NCBI GenBank assembly: GCA_027339965.1
Contig: DAHWNL010000014.1
Span: 1 to 64,000, forward strand
Length of the DNA: 64,000 bases
From: Granulicella sp.
Lineage (GTDB): Bacteria > Acidobacteriota > Terriglobia > Terriglobales > Acidobacteriaceae
Direction: 5' to 3'
This document shows positions 32,068-42,652 of this stretch, in pieces. Position numbers and translations under genes: made by a program. How positions within the stretch are numbered: the stretch's first letter is position 1; the number at the start of each line of letters is the position of its first letter. Below the pieces are notes generated by a model. That model was not told the DNA's origin and searched no databases. It saw only the letters and a program-made list of their open reading frames with translations.

Positions 32068-32841
32068 GTGTCCACCGAACTGAGCAGGGAATCCAGCATG
32101 GGCGCAGCAGCGCCAAACCCACCCGCGTCGACCGCCGCTCCCGGTCCGATCATCTCCGCGCAGAGCCTGCGCAAGGTCTATGGCTCCGGGAAGCTTCGGG
32201 TGGAGGCGCTGCGCGAAGTCAGCTTCGACGTTGATCGGGGAGAGTTCATCGCCATTGTGGGTCCTTCCGGTTCTGGCAAGTCGACTCTTTTCTACATTTT
32301 AGGAGGATTGACCTCAGCGACCGCCGGGTCGCTGTTCATCGAGGGCAGGGACTTCTCCAAGCTCAACGATGCGGAGCGAACCCGCCTGCGCCGCTCCCAT
32401 ATAGGCTTCGTCTTTCAGCGATTCAATCTGCTCCCCACGATCTCCGCTCGGGACAACATCAAGCTGGCGCATGAGATTGCCGCCACCGGTCGAGCCTTCG
32501 ACGAAGCGATGTTGAGCCATCTCTGCCAACTGCTTAAGATCCAGGGGCGAGTGGAACATCGGCCCAGCGAGCTCTCCGGAGGCGAGCAGCAGCGCGTTGC
32601 AATCGCCCGGGCGTTGATCACCCGGCCCACCATCTTGTTGGCGGATGAACCCACCGGCAACTTGGATTCGCAGAACTCTGAGGCAGTGCTATCGATGCTC
32701 CATGCATCCAGCCGGGAGATGAGGCAGACGGTCATGATGATCACCCATAACCCGGAGGCGGCCCAGATCGCCGACCGGATCCTGCATATGCGTGACGGAC
32801 AGATTGTGAAGATCGAGCCGGGAAGAGGCGGCAGGGCCTGA
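32068..32841 (+). CDS. ABC transporter ATP-binding protein (LolD/MacB-like)
   Basis: GPSGSGKST, LSGGEQQRVAIARA, LLADEPTGNLD and ITH. Confidence 0.93.
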   Translation: MSTELSRESSMGAAAPNPPASTAAPGPIISAQSLRKVYGSGKLRVEALREVSFDVDRGEFIAIVGPSGSGKSTLFYILGGLTSATAGSLFIEGRDFSKLNDAERTRLRRSHIGFVFQRFNLLPTISARDNIKLAHEIAATGRAFDEAMLSHLCQLLKIQGRVEHRPSELSGGEQQRVAIARALITRPTILLADEPTGNLDSQNSEAVLSMLHASSREMRQTVMMITHNPEAAQIADRILHMRDGQIVKIEPGRGGRA

Positions 32842-33194
32842 TGACGAGGGGTGCAGCTTGCTCGCCGGGGCTTCGCCGGATGATCCTGGAAGGCACTCTG
32901 GTGGCGATGATCTGGACTTCGGCCGGGGCTCAGCCAACCGCTTCCCAAACTCGGCAAGCCGCCGCTTCCGCCGGGCCGGAGAGATCCCAACGTCTGGCCG
33001 AGCAGGTGGACATCAATAGCGCAACTCCGCAACAACTGAACGCCCTTCCCGGGTTTGGTCCCGCGTACACCCGGCGGGTGATCGCCGGACGTCCCTACCG
33101 CTTAAAAAATCAACTGGTAACGCGGGGCGTGATTCCGCAAGCGGAGTACGAACGGATCCGCGACCGGATTGCCGCTCACCGGCCGGCAAGGTAG
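32841..33194 (+). CDS. Helix-hairpin-helix (ComEA-like) exported protein
   Basis: VDINSATPQQLNALPGFG...GRPY; signal-like N-terminus. Confidence 0.8.
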   Translation: MTRGAACSPGLRRMILEGTLVAMIWTSAGAQPTASQTRQAAASAGPERSQRLAEQVDINSATPQQLNALPGFGPAYTRRVIAGRPYRLKNQLVTRGVIPQAEYERIRDRIAAHRPAR

Positions 33195-33397
33195 AGGCTC
33201 CCGCCCGCGCGGCGACGGCGGTACGATGATCGAGGTTGTTCCCCCTTCGAGCCGGGCGGGTTTCCAAGTTCCTTTTCCGGTCGAATTCGCCCATAATTCA
33301 AGAGAGAGCAGCATGCAGGGACCGGGCTGGCCGGCGCCGCGGCCGCCCTGGGTGGCGAATCATCGGCCGAGCAGTTGACCCTAAGAGTGCAGAAGCC

Positions 33398-34213
33398 ATG
33401 GCTTGGAAATCTTCCTTCCCCGGCAGAGGATGCGCGCCCTTCTGGGCCGCCCCAGCAGAGCTGGCCAGCGCATGGCGGCGAGTTAGAGGGTGTGCGGCGC
33501 TAGGGTTGGCGACCGTCTTCCTGATCGGCTGCCAGGGAATGGCGATGGATTCCAGCCTGGACTCGGCGCAGCTACGCGTGATCGATGCGTCTCCGGACGC
33601 GGGGATCATCGATTCTTACGGGAACGATGGAGCCCTGGCCTATAACCTGTCCTTTGGTACGATGACCAGCTACATTGCGGTTGCGCCTGGCGACTACCAA
33701 CTGACCGCCGCCCGGGCCGGCACTCACCAGACCTTGGCTGCCTGCAGCGAGAGCCTAGCCGTGGGCAGACAGTATACGGAGATCATCGGCTCCGGCTTGG
33801 CAGACATGCGGTCGGCGGTCTTTGTGGATCGCTCGACGCCGGCTCCGGAGGGCGAGATCGCCGTACGGGTGATCAATGAAACGACTCATCCGGGCGCGCT
33901 GCGCGTATCCATGGTTCCGCTGATTGCCACGGACTCCAGAGCGATGAGTTCCTACGCGCTCGCGTCACATCTTGGCCCCGGCGCCAGCTCTGGATACGTC
34001 ACCCTGCCGATGGGCGCCTACGCTGTGGAGGTGAAGTCCGCGAACAGGGCACAGTCCTCCACAGCGAACCTGCTGCGCGGCGTCCAGATCCCCTACCCCT
34101 CCGGAGCGGTCCGCACGGTGGTGCTGATCGATCAGCCGATTCCAGTAGACCAGCCGAGCTCTTCACAGACCGGGGTTCAGGCCATCGTCGCTGACGATGC
34201 CGATGCCCCGTAA
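33398..34213 (+). CDS. DUF4397-like lipoprotein
   Basis: Lipobox LIGC, then LRVIDASPDAG..D.Y and Y..V.PG.Y; start approximate. Confidence 0.72.
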   Translation: MAWKSSFPGRGCAPFWAAPAELASAWRRVRGCAALGLATVFLIGCQGMAMDSSLDSAQLRVIDASPDAGIIDSYGNDGALAYNLSFGTMTSYIAVAPGDYQLTAARAGTHQTLAACSESLAVGRQYTEIIGSGLADMRSAVFVDRSTPAPEGEIAVRVINETTHPGALRVSMVPLIATDSRAMSSYALASHLGPGASSGYVTLPMGAYAVEVKSANRAQSSTANLLRGVQIPYPSGAVRTVVLIDQPIPVDQPSSSQTGVQAIVADDADAP

Positions 34214-34287
34214 GCAACGGCTGGCGCGAGGAGGCGCAAGACCGGAATCCCAGTGGATATGTCCCAACGAAGTTGAATTTCTCCGCG

Positions 34288-34330
34288 GCCTGTCTGCTGG
34301 GTCGGATGAAAGACGCCCCAGCAGACAGGC
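34288..34330. terminator. 14-bp inverted repeat between convergent genes (possible bidirectional terminator)
   Basis: GCCTGTCTGCTGGG ... CCCAGCAGACAGGC; no long U tail. Confidence 0.55.
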
Positions 34331-34399
34331 TTCGGATGCTCCCTCCACTCTGAAGAGGCTAAAACTGCCGTTCAGAGTGTGGCCGGCGGGAGTGGCCGT

Positions 34400-35857
34400 T
34401 TACTGGCACTGCATGAACGCCAGCGGCTGCAGTGAGACTGCGGTTTGTCCCGTGACGGACAGTGTGGTTGCGGTGGTCTTCATCTCCGACGGGCTGCAAT
34501 CGCTGGTTCCGCCTGAACCCGGAATCGTAGCGATGCCGTCAACAACGTAGCTGGCCGAAGGCCCAACCACAGTAAGCGTAGCGCCCGCAGCCGCCCAAAC
34601 GCCCAAGTAGGGAGCGCCTGTGGGAACTTCCAGGCTGTAGTTGAAGCAGTCGGTACCGGTGGGGCAGGTCGAGCCGGCAGCCGTCACCACCGGCATGGTG
34701 GCCGCGCTCTGGGTGGAAGTGGGCGGCAGCGGAATGGTGTACACGGAGGACTGGACTGTCTCCAGCACGCTCAGGTCAACGTTGGCAGCCGTGGCGGCGT
34801 TGCTGCTGTTCTGCGATGTGACCATTCCATTGAGTTGCGCGAACGTGGTGGCGGATGATCCAGAGGTAGCCGTCGGCAAGGACAGTTTAACGGTGCCGAC
34901 CGTGCTGCCCACAGAGACCCCAGTCACGATCGAGGGTTCATACAGCGAGCCGTCGGAGCGGGTTCCAACGACGACGATGTCGTAGGTTCCGCTCGGCAGC
35001 GGGCAAAAGACGAATACGCCGCTGGAGTTGGTCAGCGTTGCGCGTTGTACACGGTCTACACCGGTGGAGTCCTTCTGCTCGGCCGCTACCAGAACGGTCC
35101 CGTTGACGGGGTTGCCGGTGGCGCTGTCCAGAATGGTGCCATTGATGGAGGTTGAAGTCGTGCTAACCTCTCCGGCATGCAGAACCGGCTTCAGACGGTA
35201 TTGACCGCCTGCATCGACGATCGATTCGCAGACGCTGAAGTCAATATCCAGGTCTTCGGTCTGACCTGCCGCTACGTTGAAAGCCCCTCCCGCAATCTGG
35301 CCGGAGGGAATCTTGATGCCCGTCTGGGCTTCACTGGAGAGCAGCAAGGTTTGAACGCTCCCATCTGAAGTGAGAACCACACAGTTGGCTGCGCCATTGG
35401 AGCAGGCGTTCTTGGAGAGGCTGGAGCCGGTGCTGTTGGCCGCCAGGATGATCCGTATCTGCTGATAGCTCCCCGCTTGCAGCTCCTGAGCGTCCCCCAG
35501 GGTGGCAAGAAAACACTGGTTGTTCGCCTGTCCCAACAGGTCAATCTGCTGGGGAGAGCTGGAAAGACCGGGCGTCAGATCAACCCATCCAGAGTCCGTC
35601 GAGCTGGCGGTGGCGCTGGTGCTGGCCTTTACGTCCGTGATGGTCACGTACACATGCTCGAACGGCCCCGACGGGGCCTGACAGGTTGCCGGATCGCTCA
35701 GTTGCGTGTTGACGGTGCCCATTCCCGATGACGTTCCCGTACTCATCGAGTTGCTGCTGCACGCCACTACCGCTATCGAGATGCCGGACACAAGCATGGC
35801 TAGCAAGCTTACGGTCCAGAAGTTGATCCATCGCGTGAAACTGCTTCTGATTTTCAT
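34400..35857 (-). CDS. DUF4382-like Ser/Thr-rich lipoprotein
   Basis: Lipobox VVAC; LSDP, HVYVTITDV, GSYQQIRIIL, DLDIDF and YRLKPVL; strong AGGAGG ribosome-binding site. Confidence 0.78.
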   Translation of the reverse strand: MKIRSSFTRWINFWTVSLLAMLVSGISIAVVACSSNSMSTGTSSGMGTVNTQLSDPATCQAPSGPFEHVYVTITDVKASTSATASSTDSGWVDLTPGLSSSPQQIDLLGQANNQCFLATLGDAQELQAGSYQQIRIILAANSTGSSLSKNACSNGAANCVVLTSDGSVQTLLLSSEAQTGIKIPSGQIAGGAFNVAAGQTEDLDIDFSVCESIVDAGGQYRLKPVLHAGEVSTTSTSINGTILDSATGNPVNGTVLVAAEQKDSTGVDRVQRATLTNSSGVFVFCPLPSGTYDIVVVGTRSDGSLYEPSIVTGVSVGSTVGTVKLSLPTATSGSSATTFAQLNGMVTSQNSSNAATAANVDLSVLETVQSSVYTIPLPPTSTQSAATMPVVTAAGSTCPTGTDCFNYSLEVPTGAPYLGVWAAAGATLTVVGPSASYVVDGIATIPGSGGTSDCSPSEMKTTATTLSVTGQTAVSLQPLAFMQCQ

Positions 35858-36222
35858 TTTTCCTCCTCAACGAGTTCGCAATGACGGAATGGATAGGCCC
35901 GAGTACCTCTCTTGGCCGTGATTCTTGGTACCGGTCAAGATGACACTTTGTCGCCAACAGCTATTTGTAACCAATAGCCTTTTGTAGCCAAGAGCCTGCT
36001 CTCTGCATGTCCCAGAATGATCTTATTTCATTGGCGCCTTTTGTCCACCTGCATTCGTCTTATTCCAAGCCGGCCTTCGTGTTCGGATAAGCAGGTGGGC
36101 AGAAAAGTGTGCGGCTGTCGATAACTGAGATTGAGTTGGACCATCTTTTGGTTGCCAATCACGTGCTGATTTCTTTTCAGATCATTCTTGGCTATCTGCG
36201 TCATTTCTTTTTTCATCATTCA

Positions 36223-37386
36223 TCAGACAAGGACTCGCCGATAAGCTCCGGCAGTCTGCTGAATCATCGCCTCTGAGGTGAACTTCTCGACGACCAGAGC
36301 TCTTGCTGCCAAGCCCATCGCCTGCGCCTCAGCGGGATTCGAGAGCAGCCGTGCCATGGCCTCGGCCAGGGCCAGAGGATCTTCGGGTGGCACAAGCAGA
36401 CCGTTGACCCCGTCTTTCACTGCCTCGCTGTTTCCCCCCACATCGGTTGCAACCACTGGGAGAGATGCAGCCATAGCCTCCAGAATGGCGTTCGAAAATC
36501 CTTCACTGCGTGAGGGAAGGACGAAGAGGTCCGATGCGGCAAGATGTTCCCTGAGTTGCTTGATGTCGCCAACGAAGTGAAGGCGTTCTCCAAGGTTCAA
36601 CTCCTGCACGAGCCTCTGCAACTCGAGGAAGGTATCCTGCTCCAGCACATGCCCGGCGATGGTGAACCGCGCCTGGGGGAACCGCGAGACGAGAGCCGCA
36701 GCCGCACGCACAAACACGTCGTGTCCTTTGACGCGGCGAATGTTCCCGACGGTGGTGACCACCAAGTTGCCAGAGATCTTTTCGGGCCGGTTGATCGGCT
36801 CCCAGGCGGAGAGGTTGAGACCGTTGTAGATAGTCTGAACGCGCTCGGGATCCACTCCGTCCTCCTCGATACAGTGCCGCCGCACCTGTTCGGAGACGGT
36901 GAAGACGGCATCCGGAAGGCCTGCCATCAGTCGATAGGCTATGGTGTGCTTGGGGGTCCGCAGGATGCCCATGTCGCGGCGGCTCCAGATGAGCTTGGCC
37001 GGCGATGCCGCCTTGGCGACGCCTCCAGCCCACAGATCGGAGCTCTCAAAGAAGGTCTGCACGATCTTCACTTCGTGCTGCCGGAGAAATCCTCGCAGTT
37101 CGAACGCTCCTCGAAGCGCCGCGAGGTCATAAGTCCGCTGCAACGGCAAAAGGTAGATGGGGCAAGGAGGGGACTGCAGGGCGGAGCTCTCCGGGTGGAT
37201 GGAGAAGCTGAGGATGGAGGCCCGGAATCCGTGGCCGGGCAGGAGTGCGGCCAGGTTCAGGGCTACGCGCTCTCCTCCACCCAGAGCCTTGGGAAGCTGA
37301 TCGATCACTAACAGCGCGTGGGGCAGCCTCTGCATCGCTGGGTCGTTTTGGGGTCCATGGTCGGGTTGGGCGGCGAGTCGTATCAT
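36223..37386 (-). CDS. GT4 family glycosyltransferase
   Basis: GGGER, KGHDVF and FVLPSRSEGFSNAILEAMAASLPVVATDVGG (EX7E). Confidence 0.92.
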   Translation of the reverse strand: MIRLAAQPDHGPQNDPAMQRLPHALLVIDQLPKALGGGERVALNLAALLPGHGFRASILSFSIHPESSALQSPPCPIYLLPLQRTYDLAALRGAFELRGFLRQHEVKIVQTFFESSDLWAGGVAKAASPAKLIWSRRDMGILRTPKHTIAYRLMAGLPDAVFTVSEQVRRHCIEEDGVDPERVQTIYNGLNLSAWEPINRPEKISGNLVVTTVGNIRRVKGHDVFVRAAAALVSRFPQARFTIAGHVLEQDTFLELQRLVQELNLGERLHFVGDIKQLREHLAASDLFVLPSRSEGFSNAILEAMAASLPVVATDVGGNSEAVKDGVNGLLVPPEDPLALAEAMARLLSNPAEAQAMGLAARALVVEKFTSEAMIQQTAGAYRRVLV

Positions 37387-37540
37387 CGGTCTGTGTGAAG
37401 GGACGAAACATGAGGTCTACGCGTCTGCGAGCTGGCCGGCTCGCAAAGCGGATGCGACCTTTCGCCTGCAGGGGCGGAGTCGGAGATCGCCGCGCAACTA
37501 TCTTCGGCGGCCAAGTTTGCACTCTGTTCTCAATTGCCTT

Positions 37541-38869
37541 TCATGCATAGTACGGAGCCGGAGCGTTCAGCGAGGGATCGTCTTCGGAGGTGGGGGCGGA
37601 TTCTGCCAAGGTAAAGTTCCAGGCTCGAAGGGCGGCGCTGACCAGTACCCATACGGGCGCAGTGATCTCGATATACGTCCAGCGGTCGCCAAACAAGTTG
37701 GTGACGATCAAGCAGCAGACACAGAGAAAGAGCCCCAGGCCAAGGCCCCGATACAGAGGGTCGGAGGCCCGCTTGAACAGGCGGTAGGAGATGGCCAGCA
37801 TCTGCTGCAGGAAAGCGAGAGCGAAGATGAAGCCTGCAATACCGGTCTCCACCAGCACCTTGACGTACCAGTTATGGGTGTCCTTCAGATTGTCAACGTG
37901 TTCGCTCATCTGGAAGGTGGCAAATCCGTTTCCCAAGAGCGGGCTGTGATAGAAAGATCGTTTCGCGTTCTCCCATAGATCGACACGCTCCTGGGCGGAG
38001 GCCTCGAGTTGCCCATTCGAGCTTTCGGTCATGGTGACTCGCTCACGTACAGCAGTGGGAACCACGCTCTGCCAGACGAGGAGGAAGCCGCCGAGAACCA
38101 GGAGCAGCTTCCGATCCTTCAGGAGTCCGAGGACGAGGACGCCAACGAGGATGGCCAGGTAGCCAGCTCTGGAGAAGGTGTACATGGCGGTAAAGATGGT
38201 GACGCCGGCGAGCGCATAGCCAGCGAGCTTAATCTTGTAGCGTTTTGAGAACTGCACGAATCCCCAGAAGAACATGGCGAACTGGGTGAGGTAAGCGGAA
38301 GTTTGGTTGGCGCCGAAGCCCAGGGGTCCGCCGCTCCGCTTATTCTCATCGAAGTTGGCCCAGGATCGGGACATGCTATCCAGCAGGCTGGAGCGATCGA
38401 TGAAGGCGACCGAGAGTGCCGTCAGCAGGATCACGGTTCGAATCGCCTTGCGATCCTCGATGACCATGCCTGCCGCCGCGAAGATCAGCGGAATGAGCAT
38501 GTAGTCCTTCCAATTGGCAAAGTTGAAATCGGAGAGCCACAGAGGAGCGGGGGCGTTGGCGAGCACCACACCAAGCCACATCGAGAAATAGAGATAGATG
38601 CCGAAGAACAGCCAGATGAGGTAGGGCCTGGAGGCAGGCAGGCGCTTGCCGTGGGCGAGGGCTCCGATGAGGATGCAGAGAACCAGAATAGTCAATATCT
38701 GCGCTCCCAGAGGGTAGATGAGGAAGTGGTCGCGCATGGTCCGGTAGGGAAGGAAGAGGATGAGATAGTAGAGCCCGTAGAGAGGTTTTCCAAACGAAAC
38801 CAGGCACATGACCCAGAAGCCGAGGTACGCGACGAGGGGGATGTAGTGTCCTAGTCCTGTTCCTAACAT
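37541..38869 (-). CDS. O-antigen ligase/Wzy-like polymerase
   Basis: Multi-TM; TFSRAGYL, R..LW, PLLGNG and HNWY...LVETGI.G; start at MLGTGLG. Confidence 0.85.
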   Translation of the reverse strand: MLGTGLGHYIPLVAYLGFWVMCLVSFGKPLYGLYYLILFLPYRTMRDHFLIYPLGAQILTILVLCILIGALAHGKRLPASRPYLIWLFFGIYLYFSMWLGVVLANAPAPLWLSDFNFANWKDYMLIPLIFAAAGMVIEDRKAIRTVILLTALSVAFIDRSSLLDSMSRSWANFDENKRSGGPLGFGANQTSAYLTQFAMFFWGFVQFSKRYKIKLAGYALAGVTIFTAMYTFSRAGYLAILVGVLVLGLLKDRKLLLVLGGFLLVWQSVVPTAVRERVTMTESSNGQLEASAQERVDLWENAKRSFYHSPLLGNGFATFQMSEHVDNLKDTHNWYVKVLVETGIAGFIFALAFLQQMLAISYRLFKRASDPLYRGLGLGLFLCVCCLIVTNLFGDRWTYIEITAPVWVLVSAALRAWNFTLAESAPTSEDDPSLNAPAPYYA

Positions 38870-38927
38870 GCGATCTCCAAAGACGGTGAGTGAATGGATC
38901 CTCTTGCAGGATCGAGTTCTGCTGGAG

Positions 38928-40079
38928 CTAAGTCCAGAGTCTTTTTCGTCCCGCGACGAAACTATAGAATGCCATGAGAGCGGCAGCGTTGAGCAAGACG
39001 AAGGTGTGGGCGATCGCGATGGGTTTGAAGGCCTTCGCAGACGGGCTGACAGCTCCCAATGCCGCGGCGAGATAGAAGAGGATCTGGGCCAGGAACGCCG
39101 CGTGGTAGAAGGTTCCTCTCGCGAGAGCGGAGGCAAGCAGCATCAGGGTTAGAAACAGCGGGACGGCGAGCCGCAGCAGCTTATGGCAGACGAAGCGAAA
39201 GAGCAGAGGATTCGCCGCGGAGAGAAGCCATGGCTCCAGACGCAACAACTGGTAGTTTCCGGTAAGGGTTCTCACCTTGCGGCTGAACTCCCGTCCCTTC
39301 TGGCTGAACAGACGGTCCCGCGCTATCGCGCTGGATTGAAAGACGACCCTCTTTCCCGCCTTGATTACGCGCATGGGCACAAAGACATCGTCCAGGATGG
39401 TTCCGGCCGGAATCTCAGCGAAAAGCTCGCGGCGAACCGCATAGATGGCTCCGGTGACTCCGACGACGGAACCGGTGGCAGATTCGAGCTTGCGCACGGT
39501 CTTTTCGATCTTCCAGTAGATGCCCAACCCCTCTGGAGCCGTCTCCGCATTTGCGGACTCTAACACCAGCTCGCCACTCACCGCTCCCACCTCCGGGTCA
39601 GCCAGGAGGGAGATCAGCTCGGCGACGGCATTGCTGTCCACCATTTGCCGGGCATCCTGAAAGACCAGCACATCTCCGGTCGCGTGTTGCACTGCCTCAT
39701 TCAAGGCAATAGCTTTTCCGCCGGAGGGCTCAAGAATCACCGGAACCAATATGGATGCGTGCTCACGGAGGATCTCTACTGTGCGATCCGTGGAGCCATC
39801 CGAGGCGATCACAATCTGGAGAAGCTCCCGGGGATAATCTGTACCTTCCAGGTTTTTGATCTTGCCCGGCAGGTTGGCCTCTTCATTGCGTGCGGCAAGG
39901 ATGATGGAGACGGTGGGCAGGATCGGGGTGGGATCAACCGCGTGCGGTGCGGCGTCTTGAGGCGGTGGCTGGGGAGGCGACGGAACACGAAGCCAGAGAG
40001 CCTGAATCCAGAGCAGCAGCGGGTAGCCGAAGTACGCATATCCCGCCAGCGCCAGGCATAGCCAGAAGACGGCCCTCAT
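38928..40079 (-). CDS. GT2 family glycosyltransferase
   Basis: YFGYP, ARNEE, SDGSTDRT, GKAIALN, GAIYAVRR, LDD and RKVRT; GGAGGAG ribosome-binding site before MRAVFW. Confidence 0.9.
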   Translation of the reverse strand: MRAVFWLCLALAGYAYFGYPLLLWIQALWLRVPSPPQPPPQDAAPHAVDPTPILPTVSIILAARNEEANLPGKIKNLEGTDYPRELLQIVIASDGSTDRTVEILREHASILVPVILEPSGGKAIALNEAVQHATGDVLVFQDARQMVDSNAVAELISLLADPEVGAVSGELVLESANAETAPEGLGIYWKIEKTVRKLESATGSVVGVTGAIYAVRRELFAEIPAGTILDDVFVPMRVIKAGKRVVFQSSAIARDRLFSQKGREFSRKVRTLTGNYQLLRLEPWLLSAANPLLFRFVCHKLLRLAVPLFLTLMLLASALARGTFYHAAFLAQILFYLAAALGAVSPSAKAFKPIAIAHTFVLLNAAALMAFYSFVAGRKRLWT

Positions 40080-40278
40080 GATCCACTCCTCCAGGGGAAT
40101 TTTCGACGACCCCGACGGGCTGCTTCGCCTGGAGGGGTTCTCCATGGTGCTGAAGGCCTGCGGCTAGCGCCGCGGAGACATTCCTGGGCTGAGTTTGCCA
40201 TGAGTCGGCAGGTCGCATCCAGACAACATCCGTAACAATATCTCTATAGTATCTTGGAACCTGCGAACCGAATCATCA

Positions 40279-41814
40279 ATGGCTGGCTCAAAACGCTTTG
40301 CTCTCAATGTGACAATGAACTGGGTCGCCATGGCCGCGGGCATGGCGGTGCCGTTCTTTCTGACCCCGATTGTCATCCGGAGCCTAGGATCGGTGGCCTA
40401 CGGCGTCTGGATTCTGGCCGTCTCCACGGTGGGATATCTAGCTCTTCTGGACATGGGCATGCGAAGCGCGGTGATCCGCTTTGTCTCCAAGGCCGATGCG
40501 CAGGGAGATCTGACCGAGGCCAAGAAGGCGATCGGCGCGGCGCTCTGGTTCCGCATTCTCATCGCCTCCGGCGCAGCGGTTCTAAGCCTGATTCTGGCTC
40601 TTGAGTTCCCGCGCTTCTTCAAGGTGCCCGGCGGGCTGGAGCACGCAGCGCAGGTCACCGTGCTGATGTGTGCTCTGGCGGTGGCCGTCACCCTGGCTTC
40701 GGGTGTCTTCGGCGCGGTGCTCAGTGCGGTGCACCGCTTTGACATCCTCAGTGGCGTGAGCATCGCGCAGACCACCCTGAAGGCCGCCGGCGTGCTTCTC
40801 ATTCTGCATCGTGGCGGCGGACTGGTTCCGCTGGCCTACTGGGAGTTCACGATGACGCTGCTGGCCGGACTGGCGACCTGGGGAGCAGCGGCGAAGATCT
40901 TTCCCGCAGCCCGCGTCCGGCTGGGACGCCCTGATATCCAGACGCTCAAAAAGATCTGGTCCTATAGCGTGACCACCTTCTTGATTGTGATCGCGGTGCA
41001 GGTGGTCTTCAACACGGACAACATTGTGGTGGGAGCCTTCGTTTCCGTGGGAGCTGTCGCCTTCTACTCGATCGGCGGCAGCCTGGTGGCTTACTCGCGG
41101 CAGTTCGTTACCTCCATGGCGACCACCTTTATCCCCATGGCGAGCAATCTGGAGGCCGAGGGTAGAACCGAAGCGCTGCAGAAGCTGCTTATGAAAGGCA
41201 CACAGGCGACGTTGGGTCTCGCGCTGCCGGTGAGCTTGGCGCTGCTCTTCCGCGGCAAGACCTTCATTGGTCTTTGGATGGGGCACCAGTACAGCCAGAC
41301 CTCCGGGACCGTACTGCAGATTCTGATGATCAGCCAGTACTTTGGCGTGGCGAACACCACCGGAGGGCAGATCGCGTTTGGAATCGAGAAGCACAAGTCC
41401 ATGGCTTACTGGGCTGTCGTGGAGGCGGCGCTCAACCTCAGTTTGAGCGTTGTTCTTGCACGGAAGATCGGAATCTACGGCGTCGCATGGGGGACTTCGA
41501 TCGCGACCACCATCATTCATCTCATCTTTTGGCCACGATATCTCCGACGTGAGTTGAAGGTGCCGGTGAAAACCTATCTGTGGGAGGGATGGGGAAAGAT
41601 TACGCTTTCCTCCATCCCGTTTGCCGTGGCGTGTTACGCCGCAGACCGGTACTGGCATCCCGCTTCCATGGTGGTCTTCTTTGGACAGATTTTGATCACA
41701 TTACCCGTTTACGTGGTTTGTTCCTTGTGGATCTTCAAGGATGAGCTACGGCAGATGTGGAGTGGCTGGCGGCGGACCGAGACCGTCTCCGTGCAGGATG
41801 TCTCTTTGGAGTAG
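40279..41814 (+). CDS. Wzx-like oligosaccharide flippase
   Basis: 511 aa, multi-TM; TP..IRSLG..AYGVW and LLDMG typical of polysaccharide exporters. Confidence 0.87.
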   Translation: MAGSKRFALNVTMNWVAMAAGMAVPFFLTPIVIRSLGSVAYGVWILAVSTVGYLALLDMGMRSAVIRFVSKADAQGDLTEAKKAIGAALWFRILIASGAAVLSLILALEFPRFFKVPGGLEHAAQVTVLMCALAVAVTLASGVFGAVLSAVHRFDILSGVSIAQTTLKAAGVLLILHRGGGLVPLAYWEFTMTLLAGLATWGAAAKIFPAARVRLGRPDIQTLKKIWSYSVTTFLIVIAVQVVFNTDNIVVGAFVSVGAVAFYSIGGSLVAYSRQFVTSMATTFIPMASNLEAEGRTEALQKLLMKGTQATLGLALPVSLALLFRGKTFIGLWMGHQYSQTSGTVLQILMISQYFGVANTTGGQIAFGIEKHKSMAYWAVVEAALNLSLSVVLARKIGIYGVAWGTSIATTIIHLIFWPRYLRRELKVPVKTYLWEGWGKITLSSIPFAVACYAADRYWHPASMVVFFGQILITLPVYVVCSLWIFKDELRQMWSGWRRTETVSVQDVSLE

Positions 41815-42027
41815 CGGGACAACGAGCGGGCGGCAAGCCTGACGGGGACCCGGTGCAGGGGAAGACGCGCAGTGCGCCGGGATTCCGCGGTACGCCTGCA
41901 GGAAAAGGGCTCTGCCCATCCGGTTTCCCCATACTCCTCATCCCAGTGAAGGAAGCTTCCTGAGGATCTATACCGCAACAGGTTACAGCCGCACAGCGCA
42001 GGGACGGTCGAAGATGGGAACACTTGC

Positions 42028-42616
42028 ATGAAACTTTGGAAGACACTCCGGGCAGACGTCACCACTACAGTGGCAAGACCGGTGTGCGAGCCCTGCTGAC
42101 GGAGTACTGGCGCACCCCGGGTTTTCGCTTCGCGTTTTACCTGCGCAAAGTGGCCTACTACAGCGGAAGGGAGCGCTCCTTTGGGCTGCTCCCGTACCTC
42201 GATAACCGGCTTTGGCTGAATCACTACCGGTTTCGTTCTGGCTTTGAGATCTCGCCCACCACGCGCATCGGTCCCGGTCTCTACCTGGGCACTTTGGCGG
42301 TGTGGTGATCAGCCCCTACGCGGTGCTGGGTGCGAACATGAATATTGCCCAGGTTGTAACGATCGGAGCGGCCAGCCGGGGGGCTCGCCAGGGGGTGCCG
42401 GTCTTTGGGAGCCGCGTCTGGATAGGCGCCAATGCGATCGTCGTGGGTAAGGTGACGATCAGAGACGATGCCCTGATCGGGCCGGGGGCCTATGTGAACT
42501 TTGACGTTCCGGAGAAGTCGATTGTGCTTGGGAACCCGGGCAAGATCGTCTCGCAGGCGGGCTCCGCGGACTACGTCCATAACACGCTACCAGGGGTTGA
42601 AACAGATGCAGAATGA
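42028..42616 (+). pseudogene. Serine-acetyltransferase-like (hexapeptide) acetyltransferase with two frameshifts
   Basis: MKLWKTLRADV / HYSGKTG...IGPGLYLG / HFGGVVISP...VWIGANAIVVG...GNPGK lie in three frames; breaks near 42060 and 42288. Could be sequencing error. Confidence 0.75.
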
Positions 42617-42652
42617 TTCGCTGAGCGGCCATGCGGATGGAGGGTTCCGGCT

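Noticed and set aside
38870..39136. N-terminal extension of the Wzy/ligase ORF
   Set aside because: It overlaps the GT2 gene in another frame; the likely start is ATG 38869.
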